From NCBI GenBank assembly GCA_025558095.1, contig JAIVFI010000035.1:372001-436000 (forward strand): a stretch of 64,000 nt of DNA, read 5' to 3'. Below, piece after piece: positions 12,918-24,260 of this stretch. The stretch comes from Hyaloraphidium curvatum SAG 235-1. Taxonomy: Eukaryota > Fungi > Monoblepharomycota. The notes beneath the pieces are model-generated. The model was not told where the DNA came from, did no database searches, and saw only the letters and a program-made list of their open reading frames with translations. Each line of letters opens with the position of its first letter. Position 1 is the first letter of the stretch. Made by a program: the position numbers and the translations under genes.

Positions 12918-13887
12918 TCACTGCTGCCCCTTCTTCCTCGGCCCGGATTTTGCGGTACCCGCCCTCGTCCTCGCCGGTGTGCTCCCGCCGGATGCTCCCG
13001 CCGTCGGCGGCGCACCCGCCGGCACCGGTGTGGGTGCGGCCGCCGGGGCCGTGGGACCCGCCGCCTCAGCCGGCGCCGCTTTCTGCTCCTCGCTCCCCCT
13101 GACCGGCTTCCCGTTCTCGTCCCGGATCACCATCTTGCCCTCCACTTTCTTGAGCGTCGGAAACCTCGTCGCCAGCTCGTCCCTCCATGTCGCCTTGTCC
13201 GCGTACCCCTCCTCGAGTGGGTTTCCCACCAGCGTCACATCCTCCAGCACAGGCAGCGAGGACTGCTTTTCATGAGCCCAGCATCGTCAACACGAATTGG
13301 AGCACCCACCAGTGCCTTGACTGCGTCCCAGCTCGCGAGCCTGTTGTTGCCCGCCCGCACCACTTTGAGCTTCACCAGCGACTCGATGCCCGCCAGCCGC
13401 TCCAGCTGGTTGTAGCTCGCCCACAGCTCCTCCAGGTTTACCAGCGCCTCAAGCCCCGAGAGCGCCTTGATCGCGTTGCGGCCGACCGAGAGCACGCGCA
13501 GGTTGAGTAGGGCGGGGAAGGCAGGGAGGCGATCAATGCAATTGGTGGAGAACGAGAGATGTCTGCCGCGGGCCGGGCCCACAGTTGGTTGTCAGCATCT
13601 GGTCCACGGCGGTGGCAGCGGGATTGCCCACTCTGCATTCTGCAGGCCCTGCAGCGGGCCCGGTTCGAGCTTGGCGAGGAACGGCTGGCACATGCAGAGC
13701 TTGACGACCCTGGCCTCCTCAGCTTTCTCCCCCGTCTTCTCCTCCTGTAGGCGGAGGCGAAGCAGTCGGGGGCCATAAAGGAGCGGTGGGGCCAGAATTG
13801 CGCGTTGACGAGGGGTGTCAATTCGGGACAGCCGACCGGGGAGCGTCGGGGTCCCACCCAGGCTTTCAACGCCTCTTTGAGGCCCAT
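12918..13887 (-). CDS. DNAL1: Axonemal dynein light chain 1 (LC1), SDS22-like LRR protein, multi-exon
   Basis: LKEALKAW-EEKTG, LSFSTNCID, LRVLSVGRNAIK, LEELWASYNQLE, LEDVTLVGNPLEE and PTLKKVEG are collinear with DNAL1/LC1 as recalled. Extra Pro/Ala-rich tail. Confidence 0.85.
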
Positions 13888-14141
13888 TTCCTGGGAATGG
13901 ACCAGCCGTACGTCGGAGATTCGACGTTAGCCGGGGTTGCTCGATTCCCTTACGGTCACATCCGAAACGGGTCTATTTGCCAAGCTTTGCCTCGCTGTGG
14001 CAAACACACAGAACAACGGGGCGAATCGCGTCCGCGCTTCCACGCGTTGAAGCGGCACTCGAACTCCAGATCGTCGTTGTCCCTTCCGGCCGTGCTCGAC
14101 GTCATCGCCCAGCGTTGCGCCGGCGGCGGCGCGATAGAAGG

Positions 14142-15782
14142 ATGAGCTCCCCTGTCGCTGCGGACTACCTCGTCATCGGAGCCGGCGCGTTCGGCGTCGT
14201 TTTCAGCGACGCGCTGCTGTCGAGCAACCCGGACGCGACCATCGTCCTTGCTGAGCGGAACGATCGCCCCGGGGGACATTGGATCCACGCTTATCCCTTC
14301 GTGAACCTCCACCAACCCGCCGCGAACTACGGGGTCGCCAGCGCCGAGCTATCGACCGGAAAAGTGGACAAGACGGGGACCAATGCCGGGCTCGAGGCCC
14401 TCGCCAGCGGGCAGGAAGTCGAGGCCCACCTCAAGCGGGCCGTGTTTACGATGGAAGGCACCGGACGACTGCGGTTCCTACCGAGCCACGAGTGGATCGA
14501 GAGCGAGAAGAGGCTGCGCAACCTGATCAACGGACAGACCGTCGAAGTCAAGTACCGGAAGCTCGTCTTGGCAAACTACAAGTAAGCGACCGAGCTTCTC
14601 GCTGACTACCGCTAACCGTCCATCCAGCACGACGATCACCTCAGCCATGCGTCCACCCCCCTGGACCGTCGCTCCCGGCGTACGATGTGTCCCTTCTCGT
14701 GAGCTGCCCGCTGCAGCCGCAGCGCAGACCCCCGCGCGGTTCTGCATTCTTGGCGGCGGCAAGACGGGGATGGATTGCATCGTGTGGATGATCGAGCGCG
14801 GTGTGTCTCCAAAGGACATCACCTGGGTCATTCCTCGCGACTTCTATGCCGTCAACCGCGATGCGACCCAGGTCGGGCAGAACAGGGAGATGAGCGCGAG
14901 ACTGTCAAGGGCGCAGCGCACCGCCATCGATTCGGCGAAGTCTTTTGACGAGGCTCTCAAGAACTGTCTCGACTGTGGTTACCTGCTGAAGCTTGCATCT
15001 GCCACAAACTTGACGGCGATGCACGGCGCGGTCATCAGCCGCGGGGAGCTTGCCCTTCTGGACCAAGTCACCGACGTTGAACGTCGTGGGCGCGTTGCTT
15101 CGATTGACGCCGGCGGCTTCACCCTCACCAACGGCGTGCGGCGCGAGATGCCAGCCAACACCATTTACGTGGATTGTGCGGCTGCGACGGTAAAGGCCAA
15201 ACCACAAGTGCCCATCTGGCAGGACGGCAAGATCGTCATCCCTTTCTTGACAGCTGGCATTGTTGGTTCTTGCGCCGCGGCAACTCGTGGTGCCCTCTTG
15301 ACGCCTCTCCGCAGCCTTGCTTCAGCGCCGCTCTCATCGCTCGCCTCGAGTGCCTCCCGCGCTCGGATGCGTACAAGAACTACATGCTTCGGCCTTCCGC
15401 CTTCCCCGACGTGCCGCACGAGATGGTTCCGGGCAACCACAACGCGGCCGCCAACCTGGCTCGCATCTTCTCGGTCCCTGAGCTCGCGCGGTGGACCTTG
15501 GCGTGCCGTCTGTCGCCGACGGGGCTTCCTCAGTACCGCCAAGGTAACGTTGATTACCGCATCGGCGCCCGAACCCAGTCGCTAACGGTGGCTCAAAACT
15601 TCTGACGTCCAGGTAACGTGACGGACGAGATGATAGCGAAGATTGCGGCCGAGTTCGGGAAACGGCGGGATTCTGCGGAGCGCCTCCTCAAGGACGAGGC
15701 CTCTCGCGGGCATCCGATTGCGGTGGAGTACCTGGAAACCTTGCGCAGAGGTGATGCAGTCCTGGGAAAGGAGAAGCTGTAG
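14142..15782 (+). CDS. FAD/NAD(P)-binding oxidoreductase, 4 exons
   Basis: DYLVIGAGAFG Rossmann motif, ERNDRPGGHW..AYPFVNLHQP, second dinucleotide motif ILGGGKTGMD. Ends ...GKEKL*. Confidence 0.82.
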
Positions 15783-15939
15783 AAGCTGTAGATCGCTCCT
15801 TCACAACTACGCACGGACAAGAGTGACGGGTCGCACGGTTCACTCCCGATCGCGATCGTCCATGAATTCAAGTACACTTTCCAGGCAAGAGTGGTAGAAC
15901 TAGCAGTGGTAGAACTAGCAGAAAGCCAAAGAAGAAGGA

Positions 15940-18900
15940 CTACGCCGCAAAAGTGCTCGCCGGAAGCTTCCCCATCAACCGCTGCATGTCCTCGGGTGAC
16001 GGGCCAATCCAAACCGATGCCTCCGCGTTCGCGGGCAGCGGCTGCATCAGGGATCTAAGCAGCAACAGTCAGCTTGTGCGAACTGTGCAAGGCCAGGAAA
16101 CCCACTCAATGTCCCTTTCCACAAGGTTCCTGATGACCGTGTACGCGCTGTGCACGTTCCGGTACGTGCCCTCGATTTCCATGAGCCCCTCGAGAACCCC
16201 GTCCACGTCGTCGATCAGGTTGCGCACGGTGCGGAGGGCGGCCTCGATGATCTCGGTGTTGGAGGTGGTCGAATGCAACAGGGTCTTCAGCTTGCGGATC
16301 TGCTCGTGCGAAATCAGGCCCCAGTCTACGCCTGAACCAACGGGCAACTGACCGCGATGACGTGGACCCAGCAGGCCCTGAGCGCCACCAACCCGTGCAC
16401 GGGGCTTATCCTCTTAAGCTCGTCGACCCGGCGCCGCCGATACCTCTTCTCCGCATCTTCTTGCGACTCGCCGGGACGGCTGGGCCCCTCGTCTTCCACA
16501 CGCAGGCTGGACCGCACGATCCTGCTCACGGTGATCGCGAGGGCCTCGGCCTCGACGAACTCGGGGCTGAAGGGCCACGTCTCGTCGGCCATGACGCGGT
16601 CGAAGATGTCCGAAGGGCAGTTGAGGATGAGCTGGAAAGTCAGGACGAACACTATGCCGTTGGGCCTGCGGCACGGGGAAGCTCAGTCAGTGAGCTGCGA
16701 AACGTGCGAAGGCAGACAACGCACAGCGAGCTCCTCCAAATCCTCCCCCACTCTTTCCCGCCCAGGTCCCTCAGCCCCTTCCCGTCGGCCTGCTCCACCA
16801 GCGCGGCGATCTCGGGGTGCATTGTGGAGAAGAACTCGGCGATGCCGCCGACCAGCTCCTGCCTCATGCGACGGCCGCGGCATTCTTCCTCCGACGACCC
16901 GGGAGGGTCCGCGTGGAGGCGCCAGTTGCGCGAAGCGAAGTAGGATTTGCACCTGTGCCGGGATGGAGGATCAAACAAGGGCCGAGGCCTCGCGACGGCT
17001 TCGGAATGCACCTGACGAACCGGTTCCACAGGTTGCTCAGGGCCATGTAGAACCAGATGGATCCGCCGCGCAGCATCTCCCGCCCCATCGTTTCCGCGAG
17101 CTCGCGGCGCCGCGGGTCGCCCACGGGCATCGACATGACGGAATGGACCTCGCCCAGCATCGGCCCGCGGAACCCTTCTAGCACCTGCCGGAGCGAGACG
17201 GTGGCGCTGTAGGGCGCGTGGGGGAGCTCGATCTCGTGCTGCGCTTCCAGGATGCCGGCCCAGATCTCCGGGGCCGTCGTGGCCGCCGGCAGCACGTCGA
17301 ACAGGGCGGGGGGCCCGGAGCACATGCGCATGTTGCCCCAGGCCGGCGAGTACGTGCCCGACGCGTCCAGCGAGGGGCCCTCCTCGGGAATGAGCTCCGG
17401 CACCGCGCCCATGGAGTCGTTCGCAGCGGCTTCGGTGACGAGCCAGATGACGCACTGCCGGGCGCGCAGGGAGCGGCGGATGTACGTGTTGAGATCGCCG
17501 GGATCGGGGATCTCCGTGTCCCCCGCAAGCTCGCCGAACTTGCAGAGGCGGAAGAGCTCCGCGAAGCTGGCGGCGAGCGTGTGGTTGTACGACGGGAAGC
17601 CGAGCACGGAGCTGGAGAAGCGGCAGAGGTGCACGACGATGAGGAGGTTGGTCAGCCGGGCGAGGAGGAAGGGGTCGGGCCGCGCGGGGTCCAGGTCCAC
17701 CGTCGGCAGCTGCTTGACCGCATCCAGTTCGGCAAACACGCGCCGCATGCACTCCTCCATGAGCTGCATGATCCAGCACTGGTCCGGCGCAAACACGCGC
17801 TCCCATCCCGGCCCGCATGCCTGCGCCTTGCTCCTCCCGACCTCGGCGTCGGCCATCCGGACGCCGCTCCAGAGGACCGAAAGGAACAACGTGGGGTCCG
17901 CGCGGCCCGTGACGACCTCGTCGATGAAGGTGGGGGGGTGGAGGACCTGCACGCGCACGTGTGCAAACTCAAAGAAGGTCTGGATCAGGTAGCTCGTGAT
18001 CGGCCACGGGGGCAGGAGGGAAGGGGGCACCGTGGGGAAGAGCGTCGGGAGCGGCCGCACGGGGGCGGGCATCGGTAGCGACGGCAGCAGCGTCGTGGTG
18101 AGGATTGGAAAAGGCACCGATTCGATCAGGGCAAGCGGGCCGCTGTCCAGAGACGCGCTCCGGCGCGCACTTCGATCCGCGAGGTTCGGCTCGGGCTTGC
18201 GACCGCCGGCAGCGTCCACGTCCCCAACGGGAACAGGTGCGCCGGCGACCAAGGTCGGCTCCGGAGAAACCAGAGCGAGGAGATCCAGCGGAGAAGCAGG
18301 TGCCGGCGACGGGCCACCGTTGAGCATGACGTTGCCGCGTTCGGTGCTTCCGTTCCAAGCGCGGTAGGTGTCCGCGAGGGCCGTGTGGGACCCATCGGCG
18401 GGCGAAGGGGCGGCGAAATCGTACATGGGCGACTCGGGACCGTGGGTAGCAGAGAGAGGAAAGCTTCCCGAAATGAAGCCGACCGCGCCCATTGCCTCCG
18501 GCGCGAAGCCGGCGGCGGGAGCGAGAAACGCGGGCGCGACCGGAGCAGCAGCCGGCAGCGCGGGCTCCGACACGCTGCCGATCCCGAACCCGCCGTCCTG
18601 GGCGTGGATCGGGATGCTGCGCCTCACCCTGCACGGCAGGTTCTCCTGGCTGCGGCGCCTGTGGCGCTTGAGCGCGTCCGCCCTGTTGAAGGAGCTCCCG
18701 CAGTCGGGACACACGTGCGTCCTGGCCGGAGGCGCGCCGCCCTCGCCGTGCGCGGTGGCCTGGTGCCTCCGCAGCTCGTAGACCCGCCCGAACGCGAGGT
18801 TGGGGCAGCGCGGGCACGAGAAGGTCTGCCGCGGGCCGAGGTGCTTCTTGCTGTGGAGCCGCAGGTTCGCCAGGCGCTTGAAGGCGTAGCCGCAGATGTC

Positions 18901-19197
18901 GCAGACGAACTTCCCTCCGGCGTCCCCGCCGGATGCGCCGCGCGAGTGCCCGCCGGCCGCGTGCCCGTGCTCGGCGTCGCCCTGCGAGGTCGGAGACCCG
19001 GAACGCGACGCCGACGCGCCCGAAACGGACCCCGACGCGGCGGTGTGCCCGCTGGACGCCCCCGCGTGGAGCGGAATCTGCGCTCCGTCGGCCGACGCCG
19101 GGACGTGCGGGCCGATGTCCTCGAACGACCCGTCCGCGTCGTCGACATCCGAGCCGTCGTCCGGCGGGGCCTCCTTGGGCCGACGACGCCCCGACAT
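15940..19197 (-). CDS. C2H2 zinc-finger transcription factor with fungal transcription-factor middle domain
   Basis: Three C2H2 fingers (CDIC..H..H, CPRC..H..H, CPDC..FNRADALKRH) and a YLIQTFFEF...VLHPPTF motif. The 3' exons were reconstructed by eye, so the end is approximate. Confidence 0.8.
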
Positions 19198-19706
19198 GGT
19201 GCGAAGGCCACGGGAGACGGGGCACGGATAAAGGTCGGGATCGGGGCGGCCGCGGCCGGACCCGACTGGCCGACCACCGCCAATGCCTCACCTCATCGGA
19301 GATTAGAAAATGCCGGGCATTTCCGAATTCCTAGAGTGCAGCACAAGCTACGGACGCGTTGATGGGCGCAAGGCCGTTCTTTTCGGGGTTCACGAGGGGA
19401 CGGAGGCACCAGAAGCGAGGGGCAACGAAGGGGCTATCTACTGGCTCATCGTTGCCTTCCTTTTAATTGGAGGGTGGTTCCAGATTCGTGGGAGCATTCA
19501 TCCACGCGCATGACAATGATTCCGCTGGGAGACGGGGATCTTGTCGGGGGACGTGGCACTGTTTGCCACGCGGCAAGTTCATTCTGATCCCCCAGGTCTC
19601 CCCACATCGTCTTCCCACTGTCCCGCTGTTGATTGTGGACAAAACAGGGAACCCTCACTGCGCCCAAAGACAAGAAATTAGGCCCAAGGCAGCCTTCACT
19701 TCTCCT

Positions 19707-20926
19707 TCACTTCTCGTACACCACCGTGTTCTCCACCGTCCCGATCCCCTCGATCTCCACCTCGACCGTGTCCCCGTCCTGCAGGAACACCGGCGGCGTC
19801 CGCTTGAACCCCACCCCCTGGATCGGCACCGATCAGCCCCGCACCCGCACCGCGCGCGCACACGGAAACCCACGCTCGGGGTGCCGGTGAGGATCACCGT
19901 CCCCGGCTCCAGCGTCGTGCCCTGGCTCAGGAAGCTCACGATCCTGTCCACGTTGAAGATCATGTCCCCCGTCCTGGCGTCCTGCAGCGTCGCGCCGTTC
20001 ACGCGTCCCCGGAGGGGGGCGTCGGAGGGGTCGAAGGCGCGGGAGGAGACGAGCTGCGGGCCGAGGGGGGCCCAGCCGTCGAAGGACTTGGCAAAGGTCC
20101 ACTGGTTGGATTGGAGGTTGCCCTGCCATTTGCGCGCCGAGATGTCGTTGGCTTTTGCACGCCGAACGGGGGCGGATAAGGGGGTTGGGCACCTCGGAGC
20201 GGAGTGCTTGGCCCACCGGCAGTGAAGGCGGCGATGTGCGCCCGGGCCTCCGATTCGGGAATGTCCTTGCCCCGCTTCCCGATCACCACCGCGAGCTCCA
20301 CCTCGTAGTCGGCCTGGTTGTTTGTCGCGCACTTTGGCACCACGATCGGCGCGCCGGGCCCGTTGAGCGCGTTGGGGGGCTTGGTGAAGAGGATGGGGGT
20401 GCGGGGGACGGGCTGCCCGGTTTCCTGGGCGTGGAGGTGGTAGTTGAGGCCGATGCAGAGGAAGATGGGGACGCGGGCGAGGGGAGGGAGGAGCTGCGAG
20501 GGCACCGAGGCCGGGTCAGCGGTTGTCCGGCGTCGACCGAAGCGGGCAGGCTGCCAAACAGCGGGTCCCGCCGCGAACTCCGGCCGCATCAGTCCGCTGA
20601 CCGACCTTGCCGACGGACAGCTCCTCGCTGGTGACCCTGCACTCGCGTCCGAACACGTCCCCTCCCGGCCCCGGTTCCACCCTCCGCGCCCTGATCCCGG
20701 CCGCATTGCGCGGCAGGCTCCCGTCGGCCTCGAGCGTCAGCGGCTCGCCGTATGCCCATTGGTCGGCCGGCGCGCCGGCGGGCACGAAGCGGATGAGCCG
20801 CGACCACGCCGGCGACGCGGCGCTGGCGAAGGAGCGGGGGGCGGCAACCGCGGGCGGCGGGCCGCATCGCAGTGGGCGGCGCAAGAGCCGCGTCGCCGCA
20901 CGCCCCGCGGGCGCGTATCCGGGCAT
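19707..20926 (-). CDS. Fumarylacetoacetate hydrolase family protein (FAHD2-like) with mitochondrial presequence
   Basis: CIGLNYHLHAQE, PILFTKP, DYEVELAVVIGK, ANDISAR, AKSFDGWAPLGP, TLEPGTVILTGTP. Ends NTVVYEK*. Confidence 0.9.
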
Positions 20927-21071
20927 TCTGGCCGTTCGGGGGACAGACGGGGAGGTGGAAACTGTTGACTTGGTTGCCACGCGCGGTCTCATAGCTCTCC
21001 TCGCCCCGAACCGCTCACGTCCGCCGTCTCGGGGCCTTATCCTGGATCTGCTGGACATTCAAGACAAGACG

Positions 21072-21863
21072 ATGCCCGCGCAGGCGGCGCAGGACGCCGG
21101 CGTGGCTCACCCGGCCTCCTCCCTCGCGGACCGCCTTGCCCTCCACGCCCTCCTCGGCCGCTCTCCCTTGGCGGTCCTCGCGGCGCGTCTCGCTTTGCTC
21201 CGGTTTTACGCCACCCGCAACGGCCCGGATGCGGACTTCAAAAAGTGGCTGGCCGCGGGTCCGTTCAGGGAGCTATTCCGATCGCCGGAGCCGGAGAGGA
21301 AGGGGCCCGGCAGGCCTCCGGACAGGAAGCAGTCCGAAAAGGAGGCAGACAGACTGGCGAGGGACATTGCAGGATGCTTCCGGACGATCGCGTCGAGGTT
21401 TCTTCCTCCCGGCGGGGCAAAAGCAGCCCAAGACGCGACGGGACCGCGGGCCCGGACACGGAAGGACGTCCTGCAGGCCTGCGACGCCTTTGCTTCCGGG
21501 ACCGCATCGCTGCAAAAGGCCGCGGAGGACGGTGTGCGCGCGCTCAAGGCGCTTTTGGACGCGAACGGGGGCCAGAGGCCGGGCGAGACGGCGGTCGCCG
21601 CCGTCTTCAGGATCGTCAAGCCTTGGGAGCCGCTGGCTGCGGCCGAAGATCCAGAGGTGGATGAGCACGGGCTCGTCAAACCCGAGCCCAACGTGAAGCC
21701 CGAGCCGGTGGTCAAGGACGAGCCGATCGGGGACGGCGAGGTCAAACAGGAGGTCAAGGACGAGACCGAGGAAAAGGTCAAGGCAGAGGATGATCCCGGG
21801 CGGCAATCCGAGCGCCTCTCTCCCGATCGACCGCCGAAACGGGTGAAGACCGAAGAGCAGTAG
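21072..21863 (+). CDS. Hypothetical nuclear protein with a VKxE-repeat C-terminal tail
   Basis: Open 263-codon frame with natural composition, divergent from the FAH gene. Seven VKxE motifs and a PPKRVK NLS-like end. Confidence 0.6.
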   Translation: MPAQAAQDAGVAHPASSLADRLALHALLGRSPLAVLAARLALLRFYATRNGPDADFKKWLAAGPFRELFRSPEPERKGPGRPPDRKQSEKEADRLARDIAGCFRTIASRFLPPGGAKAAQDATGPRARTRKDVLQACDAFASGTASLQKAAEDGVRALKALLDANGGQRPGETAVAAVFRIVKPWEPLAAAEDPEVDEHGLVKPEPNVKPEPVVKDEPIGDGEVKQEVKDETEEKVKAEDDPGRQSERLSPDRPPKRVKTEEQ

Positions 21864-22074
21864 CTGGCTGATGACCTTCCGGGGCGTGAGCACACAAACA
21901 GCACAGACTGACAGTCGCGGGCGCCTCTGACCACGGTTGCACACCCTCGTCCCACTGCTCCCGGACTCCGCCGACGCACGACCTGCGAATGATCGGAGCG
22001 AATGAAATAGAACCCTCGCGCTCTACACCTCTAGCAAGTCGCCATGCTTGTCCCATCGATCCCGCCGGCGCGCC

Positions 22075-22842
22075 TCACTTGGTCGGCGACACGTCCTGGA
22101 AGGACTCGCGGCGCTGCTGCCGCTTCCTCTCCTCGCGGGCCTGCGGCGACATTCAGCCGAGTCGAAACGGGGAAGGAGGAGCAGGCGGCACGTACCACGT
22201 CGCGACCCCTGTCGAAGAGAGCGTCGGGCTCGGGTCCCGAGTATCTTCCCGTCGCCCGCGCCCGCTCAACGGCCTTAGTTATCTTGGTGATGCCGACATC
22301 CCAGGCCGTCAGGGCGACCCCGTCCCAAGGGTCCGGCAGGGAGCGAAGCATTTTGTGGTGCTCGCGGGTGCTGTGGGTATAACTGCGCCGGAATCAGCAT
22401 TCCGGCCCAAAGCGCCCGCGGAGGGCCCACTTGTCGACGTGGTCGGTGCCGCCCAGTGCCAGCGGGATGATGTGGTGCACGTGGTGGTGTGCGGGGAGGA
22501 GGTTCTCGACGTCGCGGAGGAGGTGCTCGCTGGTCGGGGTCAGCAGCTTCAGGCGGCCCAGCAACGGGCCACGCACTACTCCTGGGGGCTCATTCCCCCG
22601 TGCTCCTCGATGTGCTGCTGCGCGGCCTGCACGGCGGCGGCATGCATCTCGGCGTTGGCGGAGGAGAGCTTCCGCGGCGTGTTGGGCGACGCCGAGGCCG
22701 ACGACGAGGCCCGGCGACGGCCCGCCTGCTCCGCGGCCGGGGACGTCGGGCCGGGCGGGGTCAGCGGGCCACCGGGCGAGCCCGGCGTCGTGCCGCCGGC
22801 GCCGGGCACGGCGAGGGAGGCGGACGGCGCGGCGCTCATCAT
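22075..22842 (-). CDS. Small HNH-motif (beta-beta-alpha-metal) nuclease-like protein, 4 exons
   Basis: Removing three GT-AG introns (22530-22576, 22383-22430, 22141-22195) gives one frame containing HVHHIIPLALGGTDHVDNYTHSTREHHK. Confidence 0.7.
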
Positions 22843-23010
22843 CGGAAGCTGGTTCGGAAGGGGTGTTTGTGTTTGGGACCGCGAGGCCCTGAGTCCGATC
22901 GTCGCACCGCCTCGTTCTTCGAGGCGTTATGACAGCGCACGACCGCCAATGCGTCCGGAAATACAGCAAATTCAATCGACAGAGCACATACATAAGCACA
23001 CATCGCCCGA

Positions 23011-24053
23011 TCAGATGGGCGTGAGGGGGGTGTTGGTGGTAAAGGACGTCGAGGTGGGCGTCTCCGAGGTCGACGAGGTGAAGCTCGTGGTAGAGCTTGT
23101 GAAGCTCGTGGTTGAGCTCGTGAGGCTCGTCGACGACGTGGCGGTGACCGACGTGGAGGTGAAGCTGCAGGAGGACGGGACGGGGAGGTGAGCAGCCCAT
23201 CGAAGCCGACTGAGCGTGTGCAAACGCACCTCGTCGTGCTGGTCGTCTTTGTCCGCGTGCGCGTCAGCCGCCGCGTGGTCCTGCGCGTCGACACGAAGAT
23301 CCTCGAGGCGATGATGGGCACCCGCTTGGTGGTCGTCACGGACCTCGTCAGCCTGCGAGTGGTCCGGCGAGTAGCCGAGCGTGTGGTGCGCCGACTGGTC
23401 CGGCGGGTCGTCGTCCGGCGTGTCGTGCGGGGTCCGGCCGTCGTGCCGCCGACCGGTGGGATGCGAGTGGCGATGACGGGCCGCGAAAAGGGGCCCGGCC
23501 GCGTGGTGACGGGCCCCACGGCCGTCGTCCCCCGCGTCGTCCGCGGGCCCTGCGTCGGGACGATGAGCTTGGTGGCAATCTGCCGCGGCAGCATGCGCGC
23601 GGCGGCGTCGCCGTCCTCGTCCGTGTCGGGGGATTCGAAGTCGGCCTGCGCCCGCGGGGGCAGCCGCACCCGCGGGCCGCGCTGCCCGGGCAAGGCGTCG
23701 CGCTCCTCCCACGCCCGCCAGCCACGTCCGTCGCCGCGCTTCCCGAGAACCGCCGCGTCCGCGCCGCCGGAGGGAAACCGCGCGGGCGACAGCGGTCCGG
23801 CGGGCCCCGCCGCCGAATGCTCCGGCCGGCGTGCGGGGGAAAGGAAAAGTTCGGGTGTCGCCAAGAGCAGCAGAGTAAATGCGAGCCTCAAAAGCGATGC
23901 GGGGTGCAGCGGGCGGGGCGCGGAAAGAGCGGTGCTCGGGCGGGCCGGTTCCGCGGCGCCGGCCGGCCCCCTCCGGCGCCGTGCAGGGCCCGTAGAGGTT
24001 TGAGAGAATGTTTTCATGGTTTCAAACGGTCCAGCGTCCAGATTTGAGGACAA
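23011..24053 (-). CDS. Secreted or anchored Thr/Ser/Arg-rich mucin-like protein (copy 1)
   Basis: Hydrophobic segment LLRLAFTLLLLA, putative pro-region ending in PRQ, TTRR repeats, and a Thr/Ser-rich last exon. Start codon uncertain (24053 or 24017). Confidence 0.6.
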
Positions 24054-24260
24054 TGGGGTTGCTTCGTTGTCATTCGGCCGCAGTTGTGGCTTGGGGGATC
24101 TCGACCATCGTCGCTGGGGGAGAAAACGGCCGAAGCCACCATTCTGCCGCCGCTCGTTTCATCCGACACAGAAATGATATTTGCGACAATCACGATGCCA
24201 AACACAGCTCAACAGATCACATGCATAAGTAGGCGGGGCGGCCGCTCGGACGGATGGAGC

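Noticed and set aside
15772-15920. Small tandem duplications (AGAAGCTGT x2; AGTGGTAGAACTAGC x2)
   Set aside because: Ordinary slippage duplications at a stop codon and in 3' UTR or intergenic sequence, with no sign of function.
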